DNA from: an uncultured Rikenellaceae bacterium
GTDB lineage: Bacteria; Bacteroidota; Bacteroidia; Bacteroidales; VadinHA17
Assembly: GCA_964429295.1 (NCBI GenBank)
Contig: CAYSBL010000003.1
Span: 44,767-108,766 of the forward strand
Length of the DNA stretch: 64,000 bases
Reading direction: 5' to 3'
Below, piece by piece: positions 56,632 to 64,000 of the stretch. The notes under the pieces were generated by a model, which did not search any database, had not been told where the DNA came from, and saw only the letters and a program-made list of their open reading frames with translations. The position numbers were made by a program, and so were the translations under genes. Within the stretch, counting starts at the first letter, position 1, and each line of letters begins with the position of its first letter.

Positions 56632-58113
56632 TTATTCGATTGACTTCCTGCTGTAGTTCGGTGATTCCCTTGTTATTGCCACATCATGGGGATGGCTTTC
56701 AATTATACCTGAATGTGTGATCCTCGTGAATTTGCTTTCTGCCTTGAGCACTGTAATATTTCTGGCACCAAGGTAACCCATACCGGCCCTCAGACCTCCC
56801 ATCATCTGGAATATTACCTCCGAAAGTGTACCCTTGTAGGGAACCCTGGCTTCAATGCCTTCCGGTACAAGCTTGCGGATATCATCCTCGATATCCTGGA
56901 AATAACGGTCCTTGGAACCCTGCTGCATGGCCTCAATTGATCCCATGCCCCTGTAAGCCTTAAATTTCCTGCCGTTGTATATGATGGTATCGCCCGGTGA
57001 TTCTTCCACTCCGGCAAAAAGCGATCCGGCCATAATGGAGTCAGCGCCCGCAGCCAGCGCCTTTATAATGTCGCCTGAATACCTTATTCCTCCGTCGGCA
57101 ATCACCGGAACCCCCGATCCCTCAATTGCCCTGGCAACATTATATATAGCGCTTAGTTGTGGAATCCCAACTCCCGCGATAATCCTTGTCGTGCAAATTG
57201 ATCCCGGTCCTATCCCCACCTTTACCGCATCTGCTCCTTCATTAACAAGTTTCTTTGCTGCTTCAGCAGTACCGATGTTCCCGGTAACCACTTCTGTCGA
57301 CGGATACGTTTTCTTGATCTCCCTCAGTATCCTGATCACGCTCTTTGTGTGAGCATGTGCCGTATCGATTACAATTGCATCAACCCCGGCATTTACGAGG
57401 GCCTCGACTCTCAGCAGGGTATCTGAGGCAATGCCGACTGCTGCTGCAACCCTGAGCCTTCCTTTTTCATCCTTGCATGAATTGGGCCTGTCCTTGGTTT
57501 TGGTAATGTCCTTGTATGTAATAAGTCCGATCAGCTTGCCCGATTCATCGACCATCGGAAGCTTTTCAATCTTGTGCTTCTGTAATATACGCGCTGCAGC
57601 CTGAAGATCGGTCTGGTGATTCGTTGTTATAAGGTTGGTTGTCATTACCTCTGTGATCTTTTTGCTCTTGTTGTTCTCGAACCTCAGATCCCTGTTGGTA
57701 ACTATTCCCTTGAGTATTCCGCCCTGGTCGATAACCGGGATACCCCCTATCTTGTATTCGGTCATCAGATTGATGGCTTCAGCTACTGTTGCATTCAGAC
57801 CTATTGTGATCGGATCAAAGATCATCACGTTCTCAGCCCTTTTTACCCTCTTCACCTGGGAAGCCTGCCGCTGGACGGGCATATTCTTGTGGATCACACC
57901 AATACCGCCTTCCCTTGCTATGGCTATGGCAAGCTCGTCTTCAGTAACTGTGTCCATGGCTGCTGAAACTACAGGTGTATTTATCCTGATGTTCCTGCTG
58001 AACATTGAGGAGATATCCACCTCTCTCGGCAGCACTTCGGAATAGGAAGGAACAAGAAGAACATCATCAAAGGTCAAACCTTCGAAAAGTATTTTATCCT
58101 TAATAAATGACAT
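56632..58113 (-). CDS. guaB: IMP dehydrogenase
   Basis: The ATG at 58113 gives MSFIKDKILFEGLTFDDVLLVP. A CBS pair is inserted. The catalytic loop GIGPGSICTTR and GGIRYSGD are present. Confidence 0.95.
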   Translation of the reverse strand: MSFIKDKILFEGLTFDDVLLVPSYSEVLPREVDISSMFSRNIRINTPVVSAAMDTVTEDELAIAIAREGGIGVIHKNMPVQRQASQVKRVKRAENVMIFDPITIGLNATVAEAINLMTEYKIGGIPVIDQGGILKGIVTNRDLRFENNKSKKITEVMTTNLITTNHQTDLQAAARILQKHKIEKLPMVDESGKLIGLITYKDITKTKDRPNSCKDEKGRLRVAAAVGIASDTLLRVEALVNAGVDAIVIDTAHAHTKSVIRILREIKKTYPSTEVVTGNIGTAEAAKKLVNEGADAVKVGIGPGSICTTRIIAGVGIPQLSAIYNVARAIEGSGVPVIADGGIRYSGDIIKALAAGADSIMAGSLFAGVEESPGDTIIYNGRKFKAYRGMGSIEAMQQGSKDRYFQDIEDDIRKLVPEGIEARVPYKGTLSEVIFQMMGGLRAGMGYLGARNITVLKAESKFTRITHSGIIESHPHDVAITRESPNYSRKSIE

Positions 58114-58180
58114 TGTATGATCCTTTTGGTTTTTGTGGGCGCAAATTACTAAAAAAATTACCACTCTGAAAACTTGTTGC

Positions 58181-58188
58181 TACATTTG
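58181..58188 (+). promoter_or_regulatory. Candidate TAnnTTTG promoter box for recQ
   Basis: TACATTTG lies 25 nt upstream of the ATG at 58213. It is only 4 nt from the ATG at 58192, which argues for the 58213 start. Confidence 0.3.
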
Positions 58189-58212
58189 TATATGCCCCGC
58201 CAATCGGTAACA

Positions 58213-60117
58213 ATGGAACAGTGCAGGAAAATCCTGACCAGGTACTGGGGATTCACTTCCTTCAGGCCGCTTCAGGAGGATATTATCCGTTCGGCTGCAG
58301 AGGGCAGGGATACGCTGGCCCTGATGCCGACCGGTGGCGGCAAATCGATTACCTTCCAGGTTCCCGCCCTGGCAATGGAAGGAACCTGCCTGGTCATCAC
58401 TCCCCTTATCGCCCTTATGAAAGAACAGGTCAACCGGCTGAACAGTATGGAAATCAGATCTCTGATGATCCATTCAGCCATGACCAGGGAGGAAATAGAC
58501 ATAACTCTCGAAAACTGTATCTACGGCGATTACAAGTTCCTTTATGTTTCTCCCGAGAGAATATCCACCCCTTTGTTCAGGAGCAGGGTGGGGCGGATCA
58601 ACCTGTCGCTTATTGCAGTCGATGAGGCTCATTGCATTTCACAGTGGGGCTATGACTTCAGACCATCGTACCTGAAGATTGCTTCACTACGGGAAATAAT
58701 TGATCCCGAAGTACCTTTCCTTGCACTAACCGCTACCGCTACTTCACTGGTAGTGAATGATATAATGGAGAAGCTGGCTTTCAGAGAGCTTAATGTGCTC
58801 AGAACAAGTTTCGCCAGGAAAAACATCTCCTACCTTGTTCGCCAGGTCGAGGAGAAAGGCACTTATCTTCTGAAAACACTGGCCAATGTCAGCGGCAGCG
58901 GTATTGTTTACGTCCGAAGCAGAAAGAGAAGCAAGGAAGTTGCAGAAATGCTTGTTGCCAATAATGTGAACGCCGACTTTTATCATGCAGGCCTTCCCGA
59001 TGAGCTCAGGGACAGGAAACAGGCATCCTGGTCGGCCGGAAAAACGCGCGTGATAGTGGCAACCAACGCATTCGGAATGGGGATCGACAAGGCTGATGTA
59101 CGCTTCGTCATTCACTGGGATACTCCCGATTCCATAGAGAATTATTTCCAGGAAAGCGGAAGAGCTGGAAGGGATGGAAAACCAGCCTGGGCTGTCCTTC
59201 TGTATTCTCCTTCCGACAAGACAAGGCTGTATGATTCTCTGCGCCAGAAATTTCCTCCGGTTGACAGGATAAAAGACGTTTACGAAGCCCTTTGCAATTA
59301 TCTCCTGGTACCCCTCGGATCCGGAAAAAACAACGTTTTTGACTTCAATATGGCGGAATTCGTTTCGAGGTTCCGGCTTCCTGTGATAGAGACATACAAC
59401 AGCCTGGCATTCCTCCAGAGAGAAGGATATGTAGAATTCACTGAGGAGATAAACAATCCCTCAAGGGTGCATTTTATTGTGGGACGTGACGACCTGTACA
59501 AGTTCCAGGTTGCCAATGAATCATTTGACGGCTTTATAAAACTTCTTCTCAGATCCTATACCGGAATGTTCACCGAATTTGTTACAATAAACGAGGATTC
59601 GCTGGCAAAAAAGGCCGCAATTACCCGGGATACCGTATATAATTACCTCGTTAAATTGTCGTCAATGAACATTATCCGGTATATACCCGGGAAAAAGACA
59701 TCACTTGTGATCTTTACGGAGGAGCGTCTTGAAAGAAAGGCGCTCATGATTTCACCTGAAAACTATCTTCACGTCAAGGACAAATATGTTTCCCGGCTTG
59801 ACAAAATGGTCGACTATGCCGAATCGGCCAACAGGTGCCGTGTAGTCATGCTTCTCGATTATTTCGGAGAGGAATCGGACCGGTGCGGAACCTGCGACAT
59901 CTGTCGTGAGAGGAATGAACTTGATCTCAGTAAATACGAATTTGATATCATTCTTGAGGAGATTAAAAACATCCTTTCCCTGCAATCACCCGATCCGGAG
60001 GAACTTGTTAAACTGGTAACCCGGCCGGAGGAGAAAGTAATAAAAGTCATCCGCTGGCTCCTCGATCATAATAAGATAATTCAGGACAGCAGCCGCAAGC
60101 TGAAATGGAAGAAGTGA
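58213..60117 (+). CDS. recQ: RecQ-family ATP-dependent DNA helicase
   Basis: MEQCRKILTRYWGFTSFRPLQEDII matches the RecQ N-terminal pattern. MPTGGGKS, DEAHCISQWGYDFRP, ATNAFGMGID and a Zn-finger region CGTCDIC are present. The track ORF starts at a TTG at 58174, so the start is uncertain within about 40 nt. Confidence 0.85.
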   Translation: MEQCRKILTRYWGFTSFRPLQEDIIRSAAEGRDTLALMPTGGGKSITFQVPALAMEGTCLVITPLIALMKEQVNRLNSMEIRSLMIHSAMTREEIDITLENCIYGDYKFLYVSPERISTPLFRSRVGRINLSLIAVDEAHCISQWGYDFRPSYLKIASLREIIDPEVPFLALTATATSLVVNDIMEKLAFRELNVLRTSFARKNISYLVRQVEEKGTYLLKTLANVSGSGIVYVRSRKRSKEVAEMLVANNVNADFYHAGLPDELRDRKQASWSAGKTRVIVATNAFGMGIDKADVRFVIHWDTPDSIENYFQESGRAGRDGKPAWAVLLYSPSDKTRLYDSLRQKFPPVDRIKDVYEALCNYLLVPLGSGKNNVFDFNMAEFVSRFRLPVIETYNSLAFLQREGYVEFTEEINNPSRVHFIVGRDDLYKFQVANESFDGFIKLLLRSYTGMFTEFVTINEDSLAKKAAITRDTVYNYLVKLSSMNIIRYIPGKKTSLVIFTEERLERKALMISPENYLHVKDKYVSRLDKMVDYAESANRCRVVMLLDYFGEESDRCGTCDICRERNELDLSKYEFDIILEEIKNILSLQSPDPEELVKLVTRPEEKVIKVIRWLLDHNKIIQDSSRKLKWKK

Positions 60118-60130
60118 GCAGGCTTTCGTT

Positions 60131-61531
60131 CTATCTTATCACCCTGGTATTGCCACCCTTTTCCATCGCTATGTCAACAGGTAAATTCGTTTTCCATGCG
60201 CCTCGGGTAAAATCAGGAACCGGAACAGGGTACGACCTGCTTTCCACCGACCATTCACTCAAAGGGGCAATGGCGCTCCAGAGAGCTGCATCGTACACAT
60301 CCTGGTCGAGAGGGAGCCCGTTGCGGAGACAGTCGATAAGTCTCCAGTTCTCGAGGAAATCCATCCCGCCATGACCTCCAACCTGCTTGGCCAGTTCCCC
60401 GACTTTCCTTACTATTGGCGGGGTAAATTTCTCCTCAAGAGTTTTCATTTCCTCATCCTTAACCCATTCGTCACCAATGGAGATCTTTGCCGGGAGAGGA
60501 TACTTCAGGGCGGCAGCTTTAGTGCCGCTTACCTTATGAATCCGCGAATAAACATTTGGAGAGGTTACATCATGCTGGATCATTATTGTCCTGCCTTTTT
60601 CAGTAAGAACAGTTGTCGTGGTCATGTTGCCCCTGTATTTTCTGTCGACGTACTTTTTGTAGAAGGGATCAGTTTCAGCAAGACTAAGTGCAGTATTGTT
60701 CATCTGGAAGTCCCTGCTCATCACAGAAACAAGGAAATTCATCCTGTCGCCCCTGTTGATATCCATTATCTGGCAGATGGGCCCAAGTCCGTGTGTCGGG
60801 TACAGGTTGCCCCTGCGGGTTGAGTTCTCCTCAAGGCGCCACATCTCCCAATATCCTTTTTTGTTGAAGTTGCTGCCCAGCAGGTTGTGTATGTAAGCAC
60901 CTTCACCATGCACGATGTCGCCAAAGAAACCCTGCCTTGCCATGTTAAGGGTAAGAAGTTCGAAGAAGTCGTAGCAGCAGTTCTCCATCATCATACAATG
61001 CTTCCTTGTCTTTTCCGAAGTCTCAACCAGTTGCCAGCATTCATCCATTGTTACAGCCGCAGGCACTTCCACTGCTACATGCTTGCCATGCTCCATGGCG
61101 TAAATACACATCTCAGCATGCATATTCCATGGCGTGCATATGTAAACCAGGTCGATGTCGTTCCTTTCGCACATCTTCTTCCATCCTTCAGGATCGCCTG
61201 AAAAAAGAACCGGTTTAAAACCGGAGGGCTCGATCAGCTTTCTCGTCTTTTCAACTTCTTCGGGAACTACGTCACAAAGGGCTCTGATATCGACACCTTC
61301 AATGAAGCTCATGCTCCTGACATGGCCCGGACCCCGGTTGCCAAGGCCTATAAAACCTATCCTTACAGTTTCGAGACGGGGAGCTGCAAAACCCGACATA
61401 TTGAATACCTGACTGCCCGGCGTTGACAGAAAGGCAGTTTCATTGCCAAGTGCTTTCATCAGGCTGCCTCCGGCAAGCCCAATCCCGGTAAGACCGGTTA
61501 TTCTCAGGAAATCTCTGCGGTTGCTTTTCAT
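60131..61531 (-). CDS. Tat-signal Gfo/Idh/MocA-family NAD-dependent glycosidase-like protein (GH109-like)
   Basis: 466 aa. It has a twin-arginine signal MKSNRRDFLRITGLTGIGLAGG, a Rossmann motif IGFIGLGNRG, and ICTPWNMH...EVPAA...MMMENCCY, which resembles GH109 alpha-N-acetylgalactosaminidases. Confidence 0.75.
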   Translation of the reverse strand: MKSNRRDFLRITGLTGIGLAGGSLMKALGNETAFLSTPGSQVFNMSGFAAPRLETVRIGFIGLGNRGPGHVRSMSFIEGVDIRALCDVVPEEVEKTRKLIEPSGFKPVLFSGDPEGWKKMCERNDIDLVYICTPWNMHAEMCIYAMEHGKHVAVEVPAAVTMDECWQLVETSEKTRKHCMMMENCCYDFFELLTLNMARQGFFGDIVHGEGAYIHNLLGSNFNKKGYWEMWRLEENSTRRGNLYPTHGLGPICQIMDINRGDRMNFLVSVMSRDFQMNNTALSLAETDPFYKKYVDRKYRGNMTTTTVLTEKGRTIMIQHDVTSPNVYSRIHKVSGTKAAALKYPLPAKISIGDEWVKDEEMKTLEEKFTPPIVRKVGELAKQVGGHGGMDFLENWRLIDCLRNGLPLDQDVYDAALWSAIAPLSEWSVESRSYPVPVPDFTRGAWKTNLPVDIAMEKGGNTRVIR

Positions 61532-61564
61532 GTCTTCAGGTTTAGTTTATGATTGTTTTGAATT

Positions 61565-61675
61565 AACCCCCTTTCCCGTTTCCCTGCCTGCGCTGCCGCT
61601 TCGGCAGACAGGCCCCAAGGGGGAAAAGCCTTGCCTGCTCCTTCCACCTTGGGGGAAGGTTGGGAAGGGGGTGTT
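61565..61675. repeat. GC-rich nested-palindrome intergenic element (REP/MITE-like or structured RNA)
   Basis: The termini form an imperfect inverted pair: AACCCCCTTTCCC (61565-61577) against GGGAAGGGGGTGTT (61662-61675). Internal hairpins are GCCTG..CTGCCG-ctt-CGGCAG..CAGGC (61586-61613) and CCCCAAGG...CCTTGGGG (61613-61654). The element is embedded in AT-rich spacer. Confidence 0.45.
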
Positions 61676-61747
61676 TAGAAAAAGATATATAGTATACAAT
61701 GTTGCAAAAAGCCATTTTACATATATCTTCTTTATTATTCTTTTATT

Positions 61748-63046
61748 TTACTCTTCGAAAAAATGCTTCTTCATGAACCTGATGAATACCGGAAAATCAG
61801 CAGGCATGGAACCGTGTCCTCCTTCGTGCATGAAATATCCCAGGTCATTCAGTACCGGCTCTCCTGCTTCAGGCCATATTTCCGTTCCCAGTGCCTTTTT
61901 TCCAAATAGTTTATACACCGGTCCGGCTGCTGCAGCTGCAAGGAATTCTCCCTTCGGATCTGACCAGTTGTCGGTGGTGCCGGTCTGAAGCAGCAAAGGC
62001 CTCGGAGCCATTAGGGCAATCAGCATATGCGCGTCAACAGGCGATTTGGACGGATCATCCTTGTAATTTCTCCAGTTGGATGCAAACTGATAGAAGTACC
62101 TTGTAGGGTGAGTCATGTGATCAATGTTCTCGCCGTAATTCCTCCTCGACAGTGCAGCGCCTCCTTCGCCCGAACAGCTTGCAATCACCATTCCGAACCT
62201 CTGGTCGCGCGCTCCTGTCCATAAAGCTGTTTTGCCTAGCCTTGATACCCCGAACAGGGCAACCTTCCTGGAATCGATCTGCGGATCGGTTTCAAAGTAG
62301 TCCATTGCTCTGCTGAGCCCCCACGACCAGGCTGAGATAGCTCCCCATTCATCAGGTGCAGGATAATCCTGTCCCTCCTTCAGATAATAACCCCTTATGC
62401 CGTATTTGATGCCATCGCCAAAATCCGGCTCTATTTCACTGTAATTGACAGTTGCGAAACCTATTCCCTCCGACAGGAACTGGGTCACATCCATCCGTCC
62501 GAATCCGCCTTTTCTCTGTACCGGAACAAGATTCCCTTTCGGATCGCGCATCATTCCTGCCTTTACTCCGGGATCATCCGTGACTGTGGCATTGGGCATG
62601 AACCCTATGCTGAAAAAGACAGGAACCGGCTCTTTTGCTTTGGCAGGAAGGTAGATCAGGATATCCATCTTATGGTCAGATGTGTCTTTCGTGAAATACA
62701 CCGTCACCTGTTTTCTGATGGCAGCACCATCAAGGGCGGGAGTCCCCTTGTCAAACACGTTGAACGACATTTCTGACGGCCTGGGGGGAACCTTACCGTA
62801 CTGGAACTCTTCAAAGAGCGAAAGGATCTCAGGCCTTCTTTTCTTTGTCCACTGCCTGACATTTTTTACATCTCTGCCATTGGACATGATCAGCGGATCA
62901 GGAAGGGTATAGGTTCCGACCTTTGATTCGTCGTAGTTTACAGGAATACCCGCTACAACATCGTTTGCGGGCTTCTGCCCCTGGGCTTCTGCCCTGAAAG
63001 CACTCATTGTTAATAAAATAACAATGCTCAGGATGATCTTATTCAT
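61748..63046 (-). CDS. CE15-like glucuronoyl esterase (alpha/beta hydrolase)
   Basis: 432 aa with a signal peptide. The nucleophile motif GVSRLGK matches the CE15 consensus GCSRxGK. A downstream MHEGGH region is present. Confidence 0.7.
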   Translation of the reverse strand: MNKIILSIVILLTMSAFRAEAQGQKPANDVVAGIPVNYDESKVGTYTLPDPLIMSNGRDVKNVRQWTKKRRPEILSLFEEFQYGKVPPRPSEMSFNVFDKGTPALDGAAIRKQVTVYFTKDTSDHKMDILIYLPAKAKEPVPVFFSIGFMPNATVTDDPGVKAGMMRDPKGNLVPVQRKGGFGRMDVTQFLSEGIGFATVNYSEIEPDFGDGIKYGIRGYYLKEGQDYPAPDEWGAISAWSWGLSRAMDYFETDPQIDSRKVALFGVSRLGKTALWTGARDQRFGMVIASCSGEGGAALSRRNYGENIDHMTHPTRYFYQFASNWRNYKDDPSKSPVDAHMLIALMAPRPLLLQTGTTDNWSDPKGEFLAAAAAGPVYKLFGKKALGTEIWPEAGEPVLNDLGYFMHEGGHGSMPADFPVFIRFMKKHFFEE

Positions 63047-64000
63047 TTATTCAGATGATTTAAGTATTGTAACCGGACCAAGCAGTCCTGACTCAGCCAG
63101 ATTCCGCCCCCAGACCATCACCTGGGAATTGAGTACCTTTTTTCCGGCAGGAGCTCTCTGGTCTCCGATAAGCCTGTTTGTCCACTGGTTGGTAACCCTT
63201 ATTTCAATAACATTGACTCCTTTTTTGATCAGTCCGGTGATATTGGTCCTGAAAGGAGAGGTCCAAAGTAATCCGGCATTGTTGCCGTTGATTATAACTT
63301 CCGCCATATCTGCCACTTGGCCGAGATCGAGAAACAGCTTCATACCTGGTTTCAGCCAGGCTCCCGGAACTTTGAAAGTGTTTTTATAGGTTGCTGTTCC
63401 GGAAAAATACCTTATACCTTCATTTTCATTTGCAGTCCACGGTTCCAGATTGCTGAAAACGGCTTTCTCAGGGGCTCCCGTTCCTGCAGGGAAACCAAGG
63501 TCCCAGGGACCGGAAATCTTCGCCAGCTGCACGTATGTGCTTTTTTCTTCTGCCTTCTCATTGCTCCCGGCTTTTCTGCGGAACACAACGAAAAGCGATT
63601 CCCCTGCTTCAAGGCTCAGGGGCACAACTGTTGCATGGTCCATGATTGAATAACCGCATGGTGATGTTAAACCGGTTAGCGGATCCCATATTTCAGGCTC
63701 CATGCCGGTTACCCGGAATCTGACATTAGTGTCAAGGTTTGTATCTGAGGAGTTTACAATGAAATAGAAATCAGAGTCGCCGGTTCTTCTGTGAATCCAG
63801 TCAATCCTGGAGTCGAGCTGTTTTGAATACTCCAGATCGGGTGCTATCCCAAGTTTGGCAAGAACCACACTGACAGGAGTTCCCCAGAAAACATTACCAT
63901 TGCCTGCTTTCCTGTTTGTCCTGCTAATGCCGTCGAGATCGGCCCACAATTCATCGGCCAGGTCTCTGAAATCCGGATTTACATCCGGAAATCCTGAATA
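63047..64000 (-). CDS. Glycoside hydrolase-like protein, C-terminal part (5' end beyond window)
   Basis: The frame stays open to the window edge. The track M at 63949 is a TTG, and the codons upstream read ...YSGFPDVNPDFRDLADE with no stop. The C-terminal galactose-binding-like jelly-roll ends in VNVIEIRVTNQWTNRLIGD, which is typical of large Bacteroidota glycosidases. Confidence 0.55.
   Translation of the reverse strand, partial: YSGFPDVNPDFRDLADELWADLDGISRTNRKAGNGNVFWGTPVSVVLAKLGIAPDLEYSKQLDSRIDWIHRRTGDSDFYFIVNSSDTNLDTNVRFRVTGMEPEIWDPLTGLTSPCGYSIMDHATVVPLSLEAGESLFVVFRRKAGSNEKAEEKSTYVQLAKISGPWDLGFPAGTGAPEKAVFSNLEPWTANENEGIRYFSGTATYKNTFKVPGAWLKPGMKLFLDLGQVADMAEVIINGNNAGLLWTSPFRTNITGLIKKGVNVIEIRVTNQWTNRLIGDQRAPAGKKVLNSQVMVWGRNLAESGLLGPVTILKSSE

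Noticed and set aside
61443-61988. 181-aa plus-strand ORF spanning the GH109-like/CE15 intergenic region
   Set aside because: It runs antisense through the start of one gene and the end of another. Its middle is just the translation of the GC-rich palindromic element (Pro/Gly/Leu low complexity). I recognised no domain pattern.
1-64000. Scan for CRISPR arrays, tRNA/rRNA genes, transposases, integrases, phage or defence-island hallmarks
   Set aside because: I found no spaced direct repeats and no cloverleaf-like GC-rich intergenic segments. I found no DDE or tyrosine-recombinase-like ORFs and no restriction, abortive-infection or toxin-antitoxin-like gene pairs. The window looks like core chromosome.

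Overview
This 64-kb chromosomal window is densely coding, with about 58 protein genes. I saw no rRNA, tRNA, CRISPR array, transposase or integrase. Gene content points to an anaerobic Bacteroidota (Bacteroidales-like) genome. Supporting signals are a T9SS type-B C-terminal sorting domain, TonB-ExbBD, TamB, an OstA/SurA/parvulin cluster next to guaB, rseC-rnfBCDGEA, methylmalonyl-CoA epimerase/decarboxylase genes, CE15 and GH109-like CAZymes, and TAnnTTTG promoter-like boxes 25-80 nt upstream of several start codons. Most of the window is housekeeping: purA, glyA, guaB, tsaD, recG, recQ, relA/spoT, fur, pepD. Several ORF-track entries begin at TTG or GTG and run too far upstream, so I trimmed them to conserved ATG starts (larC, mce, citF, pepD, relA/spoT, glyA, serpin, rnfE, rnfG, rseC, methyltransferase, pduO-type ATR, guaB, recQ). 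One real gene falls below the track cutoff, a 53-aa rubredoxin at 11349-11510. The region most worth follow-up is the left end (126-5522). There, a translationally coupled larC-larE-larB nickel-pincer cofactor operon has no larA anywhere in the window. It faces a divergent pair made of a Tat-exported DUF362 protein and a NapH/NapG-like fused polyferredoxin. The DUF362 protein has a His/His/Lys/His spacing that mirrors the LarA active site, which makes it a candidate undescribed periplasmic nickel-pincer redox enzyme wired to the membrane. Second-tier observations are: a seven-gene operon joining methylmalonyl-CoA decarboxylase-type subunits (no Na+-pumping beta subunit) to a CitD-CitE fusion, CitF and rubredoxin; an isocitrate-dehydrogenase-family enzyme coupled to an atypical HD-like protein; a tandem palindromic operator upstream of an acyl-CoA ligase; a lipoprotein serpin with a poly-proline P-prime side; and a GC-rich nested-palindrome element in one intergenic region. 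All calls come from reading the translations and DNA by eye. No database search was run.
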